NCBI GenBank assembly: GCA_963662515.1
Contig: OY759675.1
Coordinates: forward strand, 1,733,473 to 1,797,472
DNA: 64,000 bases
Reading direction: 5' to 3'
Source: Sedimentisphaerales bacterium
Lineage (GTDB): Bacteria; Planctomycetota; Phycisphaerae; Sedimentisphaerales; SM23-30
Shown here: positions 9,530-17,518 of the stretch, in pieces
How the letters are laid out: every line of letters begins with the position of its first letter
How positions within the stretch are numbered: the stretch's first letter is position 1
Notes under the pieces: generated by a model
What the model was told of the DNA's origin: nothing
What the model saw: only the letters and a program-made list of their open reading frames with translations
Databases searched by the model: none
Made by a program: the position numbers and the translations under genes

Positions 9530-10603
9530 ATGACAAAAAATGAACTCTTAAACACTATAACAAAACTATCTCATGAATTCGGCTCTTGTGATTATGTTCT
9601 GGGCGGTGGAGGCAATACCTCTGCAAAAAATGAACAGACTTTATGGATTAAGCCCTCTGGCACTACTCTGGCGGGGCTGAAGCCTGAGCTTTTTGTTGCC
9701 CTGGACCGCACCAGACTCAGTGAACTTTATGCTTTTACCCCGCCTGCTGTGCCAGCCGAGCGGGAAGAGCTTATAAAAAATGCAATGGCTGCGGCTGTCA
9801 GTCCTGAAACCCCGGGCCGGGCATCGGTTGAAGCTCCTCTTCATGATTCTCTTAGTGCAACCTTTGTGGTTCATACTCACCCGGCGATAGTTAACGGTAT
9901 GACCTGCTCTCTTGCCGGGAAAAAAGCCTGTGTTGAGCTGTTCCCCGATGCACTCTGGCTTGATTATATTGATCCGGGCTATACCCTTTGTATGAAGGTC
10001 AGGCAGGAAATTAAAAGCTATAAAGATTGCAATGGTAAAGAACCAGCTTTGATCTTTCTGAAAAATCATGGTCTTTTTGTTGCTGCAGATACTGCTGATG
10101 AGATTCGTCAGCTTTATTCTCGAGTGGTCAATACTCTCTTGCCATTCTATAAGAAAGCTGGCATTAAAACTACCCTGAAAGTTGGTTCTGACCCTACAAC
10201 CAGAGAGATAGATGAAAAAATGCGGAGAATTACAGCTGCTTATAAAAATGATGATCTGGGTATTGCTGTTTCCGGAATGTTCGCTTATCCGCAAGGGCCA
10301 ATTACACCTGACCACATCGTCTATGCCAAAAGCTTTCCGTTCATTGGCGAGCCGGACCAGGAAGCTATAAAGGCTTTTAGTGCAAAGCATGGCTATAACC
10401 CGGCGATTATTGCAACCAAAACTGCTGTTTATGGGGTGGCTGATACCGAAAAGAAAGCTGCTCTGGCTCTCTTGCTTGCTCAGGACGGTGCCCTGGTTAT
10501 TCAACTGGCTAATGCCTTTGGCGGTATAGACTATATGACCGATGATGCTCGCATTTTTATTGAAAACTGGGAAGTAGAGTCATATCGCAGCAAACAGATG
10601 TAG
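9530..10603 (+). CDS. Class II aldolase/adducin-domain protein resembling the N-terminal half of bifunctional rhamnulose-1-phosphate aldolase/SDR (RhaEW/YuxG type)
   Basis: It has a GGGGNTSAK motif near the N-terminus, a metal-ligand context VVHTHP, and a long C-terminal extension after the aldolase core. Confidence 0.7.
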   Translation: MTKNELLNTITKLSHEFGSCDYVLGGGGNTSAKNEQTLWIKPSGTTLAGLKPELFVALDRTRLSELYAFTPPAVPAEREELIKNAMAAAVSPETPGRASVEAPLHDSLSATFVVHTHPAIVNGMTCSLAGKKACVELFPDALWLDYIDPGYTLCMKVRQEIKSYKDCNGKEPALIFLKNHGLFVAADTADEIRQLYSRVVNTLLPFYKKAGIKTTLKVGSDPTTREIDEKMRRITAAYKNDDLGIAVSGMFAYPQGPITPDHIVYAKSFPFIGEPDQEAIKAFSAKHGYNPAIIATKTAVYGVADTEKKAALALLLAQDGALVIQLANAFGGIDYMTDDARIFIENWEVESYRSKQM

Positions 10604-10685
10604 TCGTTTCCTGATTGCAGAACAATTGCCAACAGGTATAATTTGCTTTCTCTAAGCAACAGACTTATCAGCAGACTAAAATATA

Positions 10686-10729
10686 ACTCAGGTTGTTTAC
10701 TGTAATGAAACGGCCTGAGTCTTTTTATT
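10686..10729 (+). terminator. Possible terminator of the + strand operon (weak)
   Basis: ACTCAGG (10686-10692) pairs with CCTGAGT (10714-10720) across a 21-nt loop, followed by CTTTTTATT. It overlaps the 3' end of the convergent GGQ gene. Confidence 0.3.
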
Positions 10730-11195
10730 GTTCATTTGCTCCTGTTGCTGTAGCTGGACAGACATTTTTACCTCGTCGTTTGCGTCTTTGCTTTTGTTTG
10801 CGTATTTTATCTGACAGGCTTTGCTCTGGTGTCTTTATACCTTGCTCAATTTCCAGCAGTTCACACATTTTTCTACGGGCGAAAAACCTGTTCAGGGCCA
10901 GAGATCTTTCTTGTTGCATTTTGATGATCTTTCCGGAGGGTATGTGTCTGAGCTGGACGCAAGATGAGGTTTTATTGACCTTCTGGCCGCCAGGGCCGGA
11001 GCCTTTTATAAAAGACTCCTCCAGGTCGCCTTCTTTTAGCTGGCAATTTTTCATTCGGTCTTGCAGTTCAGCTGTTTTTTTCTCGCTGACACCAAAATTT
11101 ATTTTACTGCTCATATCGCTATTGTATCTTATTTGGCAACAGGTGCAATTATTCTTACCTGGTATTTTTGCCATTAATATATGCCAGCCAGACAA
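10725..11195 (-). CDS. Stand-alone class I release-factor (GGQ) domain protein, ArfB/YaeJ-like peptidyl-tRNA hydrolase
   Basis: It has GSGPGGQKVNKTSSCVQLRHIPSG (the GGQ loop) and a strongly basic C-terminal tail (KIRKQKQRRKRRGKN). The real start is probably the internal ATG at 11114 (MSSKINFG...). ORF 10693..11202(+) is an antisense shadow. Confidence 0.8.
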   Translation of the reverse strand: MSGWHILMAKIPGKNNCTCCQIRYNSDMSSKINFGVSEKKTAELQDRMKNCQLKEGDLEESFIKGSGPGGQKVNKTSSCVQLRHIPSGKIIKMQQERSLALNRFFARRKMCELLEIEQGIKTPEQSLSDKIRKQKQRRKRRGKNVCPATATGANEQ

Positions 11196-11436
11196 TGGTT
11201 AAGCCTGATCTGGTCCTATAATTAGCAAGACTCTGAATTATTATTTGTCTATGTTTTTTTAATATCATGCTTATCTGTCGATTTTTCAAGCACTTACGAG
11301 AGTATATTACCTATTTTATCAGCTTTTTTGCAAATCCTCCTTTTATATTTTACGATAAGAGTGTTGCAGGGAAGTGAAGTGTCCCGGCCTATGGAGAAAA
11401 AGAATAAAATTGTACGATTTTTAGGAGATAGATCAG

Positions 11437-11937
11437 ATGGTTGATCATGGTTCAAGTGCGACAAGTCTGGAAAACCGCAATGCCAGAGCTAAAGCTGGTT
11501 TATATTTAACCTTTGCCTTAGGTCAGGAAGAATTCGGTCTGGAAATACTCAAAGTTAAAGAAATAATTGGCTATCAGGATATAACCAGCGTACCTCAGAC
11601 ACCGATCGAGGTTAAAGGTGTAATAAACCTGCGTGGTCAGGTAATTCCTATTATTGACTTGCGGGTCAGGTTCGGCATGGAAGAAAAGGAAGTTACCGAG
11701 CAGACCTGTATCATCGTAGTTGAAGTCGAACTCGAAGGTAATAATACCCAGGTAGGTATTATTGTTGATAATGTTTCCGAAGTGCTTGATATTCAGGAAG
11801 CACAGATCGAACCGTCGCCAGAGTTTGGTAATCAGGTCAATACCGATTTTATTCTTGGTATGGGTAAGATTGGTGAAAATGTTAAGATTTTACTGGATAT
11901 CGATCAGGTTCTCGCCGGTACTCAATTCCTGAGATAG
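11437..11937 (+). CDS. cheW: Chemotaxis coupling protein CheW
   Basis: A CheW-like domain spans the whole length (FALGQEEFGLEILKVKEIIGYQDITSVPQTP..VKGVINLRGQVIPIIDLRVRFG). Confidence 0.88.
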   Translation: MVDHGSSATSLENRNARAKAGLYLTFALGQEEFGLEILKVKEIIGYQDITSVPQTPIEVKGVINLRGQVIPIIDLRVRFGMEEKEVTEQTCIIVVEVELEGNNTQVGIIVDNVSEVLDIQEAQIEPSPEFGNQVNTDFILGMGKIGENVKILLDIDQVLAGTQFLR

Positions 11938-11980
11938 TACGATTGTTTATACAATTTTGTATAAGATATAGTTTTATTCA

Positions 11981-12009
11981 AGGCAGGTCTTTTTGGCCTG
12001 CCTTTTTTC
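11981..12009 (+). terminator. Rho-independent terminator after cheW
   Basis: A GC-rich hairpin AGGCAGG-N-CCTGCCT is followed by TTTTTT. Confidence 0.7.
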
Positions 12010-12141
12010 TTAGCTCTATATCGATGGGCGGTCCATATCTCCGGCTTTACTACTATAATATACACTTATCGCAACCAAATATAAGTTGACAGTCTGTATC
12101 ATATTCATACAATTCAACCTTAATTATAGTTTATTAGACAG

Positions 12142-13827
12142 ATGAGTCTGCGATTGGAGTTTTTTATGTCTTGCAAACCGGAATTAAGCGATAATGGGCT
12201 TATTTCTCCTTTATGTATAACGCCAGAGCTTGACCGTGTCGGCGTATTGGCCCGTATGGAAAATTGGCTTTTGTTTTTCTTTCTATTGGGTATAGCTGCC
12301 CGCTGTATTCGTTATTTTCTGGCATTCCCTCTGTGGGAAGATGAATGCTTTGTTGCTGTTAGCGTATATAAGTGCAGTTATATGGAGCTGTTACAACCCC
12401 TTATCTATCATCAGGTAGCACCTGTTTTCTTTTTATGGCTGGGAAAGGCCTGTAGTGACATTTTAGGTTTTTCTGAGCTTTCATTGCGATTGCCGGCGTT
12501 TATTACCTCAATTGTCTCAATGTTCATTTTCTGGCGTATTTCCAGAAAGGTGCTTTCCGGCTCGGCAAGACTATTTGCGGTGGCACTTTTTTCAGTGTCC
12601 TATTCTAATATCCGCTATGCGGCAGAATATAAGCCTTACGGCATGGATATGTTCGTTTCGTTATTGCTTGTCTGGTTTCTTCTGGAATGGTTATTAGCTC
12701 CTCATAGAAGATGCTGGCTTATCGGTTTGATCTTATGGGTACCTCTGGCGATTGGCTTTTCATTCCCGGCAGTGTTTACCGCTGCTGCGGTTAGTCTGAT
12801 AGTTTTCTGCTCTCTGCTTAGCCAAAAGGGGCAAACCAGAGACTGGCAGCTCTGGTTGCTTTATAGCGTGATTTTCTCAGTTTCTTTCCTTGTTGCCTAT
12901 TTTTATTCTATAAAGCCGCAAATGGCCGCTGAACTTGGTTTTATGTCTGATTGCTGGGATGATACCTTTCCGCCCCATAACCCAATCAAAATGATATGGT
13001 GGATCATCACAACTCATACCGGCGAGAGTTTTTCCCATCCGGTTGGTGGCGAGAGATTTGGCAGTACCCTTACCGCTATTTTGATGTTTACTGGAATTGT
13101 TGCCCTGTTCAAAAACGCCAGAGGTAAGATAGCCTGGCTTTTACTTTTGCCTCTTCTTATAAATTTCGCCGCCGCTCTTGTGCAAAAATACCCTTATGGC
13201 GGTCATGTTAAGTTCTTCATGTATGCAGCCCCTATGATATATATCGTTAGTGGGCTTGGGGCGGCCACACTGCTTAACGGCCATGCCAGGCGGGCTTCGG
13301 CGGGTAATACCAGAAATACGGTTATTATTGTAATGTCACTTATTGCAACTATTGCTATTGCCTGTTCCGCTATTGATGTAGTCAAACCATATAAAAACAA
13401 GGCTGATCAGAGGATCAGGGCCTTTTCCCAGTGGTTCTGGTATAATGCTTCATTTGCTTCTGAGGCTTATTGTCTGAAAGAAGATATGGATGTAAGATTT
13501 TCTCAGGCTACCTGGACACAGCTTAGTTGGTCAGCCAGCTATCTTTGCAATCAGTATATCTACAGGCCAAAAAAGGTTGTTCGCGAGCCTTTCCCTGATA
13601 ATTTGTCACCTGAAGCTCTGAATAATGTTTATTTTGTCCACTATCATATGCCCGATTGTCCGGATTTTGACAATCAGAAATATGAACAGTGGATTAAAGA
13701 GACATCGGAAAAAATGGACTTTATTTCCAAAGACACTTTTCCGCTCGTAAGAAATGATAAACGAGAGAGGAGAGTTATCTGTGCCGATCAGATAGAAATA
13801 TTCAAATTCAGGAAGAAAGTTCAGTAA
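12142..13827 (+). CDS. Polytopic membrane protein, GT-C fold glycosyltransferase-like (GT39/ArnT-like)
   Basis: About 11 hydrophobic helices are predicted. An acidic motif sits after the first helix (PLWEDE), where GT-C enzymes carry their DE/DD motif, and there is a soluble tail of about 130 aa. The call rests on architecture only. Confidence 0.45.
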   Translation: MSLRLEFFMSCKPELSDNGLISPLCITPELDRVGVLARMENWLLFFFLLGIAARCIRYFLAFPLWEDECFVAVSVYKCSYMELLQPLIYHQVAPVFFLWLGKACSDILGFSELSLRLPAFITSIVSMFIFWRISRKVLSGSARLFAVALFSVSYSNIRYAAEYKPYGMDMFVSLLLVWFLLEWLLAPHRRCWLIGLILWVPLAIGFSFPAVFTAAAVSLIVFCSLLSQKGQTRDWQLWLLYSVIFSVSFLVAYFYSIKPQMAAELGFMSDCWDDTFPPHNPIKMIWWIITTHTGESFSHPVGGERFGSTLTAILMFTGIVALFKNARGKIAWLLLLPLLINFAAALVQKYPYGGHVKFFMYAAPMIYIVSGLGAATLLNGHARRASAGNTRNTVIIVMSLIATIAIACSAIDVVKPYKNKADQRIRAFSQWFWYNASFASEAYCLKEDMDVRFSQATWTQLSWSASYLCNQYIYRPKKVVREPFPDNLSPEALNNVYFVHYHMPDCPDFDNQKYEQWIKETSEKMDFISKDTFPLVRNDKRERRVICADQIEIFKFRKKVQ

Positions 13828-13882
13828 GAGCGAGCTTGTTGTTGCTTCCGAGCGAAGTGTCAGCTGGTTTGAGGTATGTAGC

Positions 13883-14455
13883 ATGGATAAAAAAAGGCTC
13901 AGAAAGACAATGAATAATGTCCTGGCCAGCTGTTCTGACAGACAGGTTGTTCAGTGGAGTGAGGCTGTTACCACGAATATTGTTTCTCTGAATTTTTATC
14001 GCTCTGCCAGGGTTATAATGACATTCCTTAGTATGGCAGGGGAGTATGATACCAGCCTTCTTATTGCTCAGGCATTAGCCGATGGTAAAACGGTAGTAGT
14101 TCCGCGAGTTAATTTTACTGATAAATCCATGGCTGCAGTAAAACTAAGCTCCCTCAAACAGGAAATGGTTATTGATCGCTATGGCCTGCGAAATCCTGCA
14201 GATAATATTGAAGTTGATCTCAGTGAGATAGACCTGATAATTGTGCCTGGGTTGGCGTTTGATACCAATGGGCACAGACTGGGGCGAGGCGGTGGTTTTT
14301 ATGATCGCTTTCTGAGCCGGGAACAAGTAAGTAATGCCGTTCGCTGTGCTGTGGCCTTTGAATTGCAGATAGTTGATAATATTCCCACTGATGAACATGA
14401 TGTGTTAATACCATTACTGGTGACCGAAAAAAGGGTAATAGAGTTTTCCCGCTGA
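13883..14455 (+). CDS. 5-formyltetrahydrofolate cyclo-ligase
   Basis: The family signature is present: VPGLAFDTNGHRLGRGGGFYDRFL. The 190-aa size is typical. Confidence 0.88.
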   Translation: MDKKRLRKTMNNVLASCSDRQVVQWSEAVTTNIVSLNFYRSARVIMTFLSMAGEYDTSLLIAQALADGKTVVVPRVNFTDKSMAAVKLSSLKQEMVIDRYGLRNPADNIEVDLSEIDLIIVPGLAFDTNGHRLGRGGGFYDRFLSREQVSNAVRCAVAFELQIVDNIPTDEHDVLIPLLVTEKRVIEFSR

Positions 14456-14463
14456 CTAATACG

Positions 14464-17055
14464 GTGAATCAGATGAAAATATCTCAACATGCAGATAAAA
14501 CTGAAAAGCTTTTTGGAATCCGGGCTGAAGATATTCATAAGTGGATCGATGGTTTTTTTGACCTGCAGAGTTTTGATGAGTTCATTGCCTCCGGTACAAC
14601 TGATGGTTATGACCCATATAGTCACCGCAAGTTTCGTCATTGCAAAGAAACGCTGGCAGACGCCATTGCTGAATTTGAAGGTAAATATACTCACGAGCAG
14701 ATAAAGTCGGTTTTTGAATGTCACTTGCAAGATGATTATAATGGTTATCTTCCCTGTCGCGAAGATTTCAAAAATGGTACTTTTACTGAAAGGTATCATG
14801 AAGCTGAAGAGCAGCTTGAAAATGAGAGGATACTCAGTGAACACGAGCTCAGTGAATACTTTAAAGGTAAATATTATGCTGGTAAAAAACAGCAGGCTCA
14901 AAGCTACTGGCTTTCTGGCTTTCATCTGAAAATTGCCCTGCCTATTCTGCTTAGTACAGCTCTGTTTATTATTGCCATTTTTGTGATCGTTATACCTCTT
15001 TCCCGTCAGAATCTGATGGAGTCTCGCAAAGTAATGTTAAAGGAGATGGTCAATACAGCACAGAGCCTTATAATGCATCAGATAGCCAGAGCTCAGGCTG
15101 GTGAGATATCTGAGCAGCAGGCCAGAGAGATTGCTGCCGCTGACATTAAGGCCTTGCACTATGGCACTGCCGGTAAAGATTATTTCTGGATAACTGATAC
15201 TCACCCGCGTATGATAATGCATCCTTATCTCCCCGAGCTTAACGGTCATGATCTCACTGATTATGTAGATAGTAAGGATAAAAGCCGCAAAAAACTCTTT
15301 GTCGAATTTGTCAAGCTCACTCAGAACAATCAGGGTGAAGGATACATGGAATATCTTTGGCAGTGGCAGGATAATCCAGACCTGCATGTGCCCAAATTAT
15401 CTTTTGTTCGCCTGATCCCCCAGTGGGGCTGGATTATCGGCACAGGTATGTATATTCACGATGTGGAACAGCAGATAAGTGCTATGACTATCAATCTCAT
15501 GTGGACTTTTCTGGTAATATCTGTTTTTCTCTTTGTTGTCGTACTTTATACCATTAGTCAGAGCCGTCGCATAGAAAATGAGAGATTGCAGGCTCAGACG
15601 GGGCTTATTGAGGCCAAAGAACGATATCGAGCTCTGGTCGAAGCCTCCAGTGAGGGCTATATTCTTATGCTCGAGGGTAAGAATATATTTTCCAACCTGG
15701 CTTTGCAAAGGATGCTCGGATATAGCGAAAAGGAGCTGGCCTGCGATGATATCTGGCAGAAATTACTGCCGGAAAACAAGGTTAATCTAGCCGCGGTCGA
15801 ACATCTGGCCGAGCTTAATGATGGCAGACGCTCAAGTTCTGAATTTGAGGCCCGGTTACAGAGTAAAAGCGGACTGCTTATCGATGTGATCATTAAAGCA
15901 GCCCGTATCTTCCTCTCTGAAAAAGATGGCCATGTTCTGACTATTCGCCGTATTACAGCTGAGAATCTTGCCAGTCAGATATCTGGTTTTGATATTATCA
16001 GCAATTATGATCAGTTGCCCGCCGGGATAATTGAAGCTATAGAATCTGCTCAGAGCCAGGGCCATATTATACATAGTGTCAGCCAGGTACCTGCTATGGT
16101 TCGTTCCATGACAGTTAACGGCGTAAAATCGCCAGCTATCCGGCAGGCGATCTGTCGCATTTTTGATGCGGTTATGGTCAAATTCATTATTCTGGCCCTG
16201 CAAGAGATGCAAACTCAGGATGTCGATTTTGCCTTTGTCACTCTGGGTAGTAATGCCCGACAGGAAATGACCATGTTTTCCGATCAGGATAATGCTATTA
16301 TCTTTGACAATGTTGACAGCCGGAACCTCGAGCAGGTCAGAGGTATTTTCCTCCGCCTGGCTGATAAGGTATGCACTATGCTCGATAAAGCCGGGTATCC
16401 TTATTGCCCCGGCGGTATTATGGCGATCAATCCGCACTGGTGCCTGACTCTCGATGAATGGAAGGCTCGCTTTACTTCTGAGACTATAATGAACTTTGAA
16501 AAGTCAACCCTGGAGATCAATACCATATTTGATATCAGGTGTATTTATGGCAGCCAGTCTCTCACTGATGCCGCCCAGGCACACATGATGGCGGTTATTG
16601 ATGATAACCCGGAATTCTTTATTTATCTGACTCGCAATGCCCTGAATTATGATCTGCCTTTGAGTCTGCTCGGGCAGCTTCGTACCGAAACGATCGATGG
16701 CGAAGAATCGCTCAACATTAAAGACCCTATTGTGGCAATTGTGAATATTGCCAGAGTGTATGCCCTTAAAAACCGCATTAAAACGCCTGGTACTATCTCA
16801 AGACTGTCAGCTCTGCTGGAATTGGGGCAGATGAGCCAGGAACAATATGATGAGACAGTACAGGTTTTTAATCACCTCTGGTATCTGCGTTTCTATAATC
16901 AGATCATCTGTCATAGTAATCTCCGCCGGGTAAATGATGAACTCATAATCAGTAATCTCTCGGAAGCTCAGCAAGAGAATCTCAAAGAATCGCTGACCAG
17001 GATAAGCCTTCTCCAGACCAGATTAAGTTATGATATTCTGGGTATGGCTAATTGA
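14464..17055 (+). CDS. Membrane sensor protein: N-terminal cytoplasmic domain - TM - single Cache domain - TM - PAS - DUF294-type nucleotidyltransferase plus DUF294 C-terminal substrate-binding domain
   Basis: Cache signature: DYFWITDTHPRMIMHPYLPELNGHDL...GEGYMEYLWQW...WGWIIGTGMYIHDV, flanked by two hydrophobic helices. A PAS-like block follows (YRALVEASSEGYILML). The nucleotidyltransferase motif is FVTLGSNARQEMTMFSDQDNAIIF. Confidence 0.75.
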   Translation: MNQMKISQHADKTEKLFGIRAEDIHKWIDGFFDLQSFDEFIASGTTDGYDPYSHRKFRHCKETLADAIAEFEGKYTHEQIKSVFECHLQDDYNGYLPCREDFKNGTFTERYHEAEEQLENERILSEHELSEYFKGKYYAGKKQQAQSYWLSGFHLKIALPILLSTALFIIAIFVIVIPLSRQNLMESRKVMLKEMVNTAQSLIMHQIARAQAGEISEQQAREIAAADIKALHYGTAGKDYFWITDTHPRMIMHPYLPELNGHDLTDYVDSKDKSRKKLFVEFVKLTQNNQGEGYMEYLWQWQDNPDLHVPKLSFVRLIPQWGWIIGTGMYIHDVEQQISAMTINLMWTFLVISVFLFVVVLYTISQSRRIENERLQAQTGLIEAKERYRALVEASSEGYILMLEGKNIFSNLALQRMLGYSEKELACDDIWQKLLPENKVNLAAVEHLAELNDGRRSSSEFEARLQSKSGLLIDVIIKAARIFLSEKDGHVLTIRRITAENLASQISGFDIISNYDQLPAGIIEAIESAQSQGHIIHSVSQVPAMVRSMTVNGVKSPAIRQAICRIFDAVMVKFIILALQEMQTQDVDFAFVTLGSNARQEMTMFSDQDNAIIFDNVDSRNLEQVRGIFLRLADKVCTMLDKAGYPYCPGGIMAINPHWCLTLDEWKARFTSETIMNFEKSTLEINTIFDIRCIYGSQSLTDAAQAHMMAVIDDNPEFFIYLTRNALNYDLPLSLLGQLRTETIDGEESLNIKDPIVAIVNIARVYALKNRIKTPGTISRLSALLELGQMSQEQYDETVQVFNHLWYLRFYNQIICHSNLRRVNDELIISNLSEAQQENLKESLTRISLLQTRLSYDILGMAN

Positions 17056-17068
17056 TCATTCAGACATT

Positions 17069-17305
17069 TGTAACCGTTCACGGTACTTGCTTGGATTGCA
17101 AAGTCAACTGTGAGCTTAATTGCTTAGTAATAAGTAATAAGAAATACGAAATAAGAAATAAGCTCATGATTCTCGCTCCGCTCGAAGCTGTCTGATTTTT
17201 ATTGCAGACAAAGCCAGCTTAAATAAGCCTCGCCGAAGGCGAAACCTGAGATTATCAACTTATTCTTATATCTTATTACTTTTTATAACTGTGTGAACGC
17301 TTACA
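17069..17305. repeat. MITE-like foldback element (about 237 bp)
   Basis: The terminal inverted repeats are TGTAACCGTTCAC (17069-17081) and GTGAACGCTTACA (17293-17305), which match 12/13 as an inverted repeat. Inner inverted AT-rich repeats are AGTAATAAGA..ATAAGAA.TAAG (17133-17162) and CTTATTCTTATATCTTATTACT (17259-17280). Confidence 0.35.
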
Positions 17306-17518
17306 GGCATTTCAGTATTGTATTTGGGTAATTACCTGCCAGCTTTGTCCTGTCAGGACACATCTGTCATACTTTTTGTCAGTATAATTCTAATGAAATG
17401 GATTTTATCTGTTTTCAACTCGGAAAACCCCTTGCGTTAAGCAGAGACTGAATTTAATATAGCTCTAACTCAGGCCTGACACGCTATAAATATTGAAAAA
17501 AGTGATAGATTAGATTTA

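Noticed and set aside
11437-11937. The orphan cheW, considered as a sign of a novel chemosensory module
   Set aside because: Stand-alone cheW paralogues away from che operons are common, and nothing in the flanks (the GGQ protein and the GT-C-like protein) suggests a functional link.
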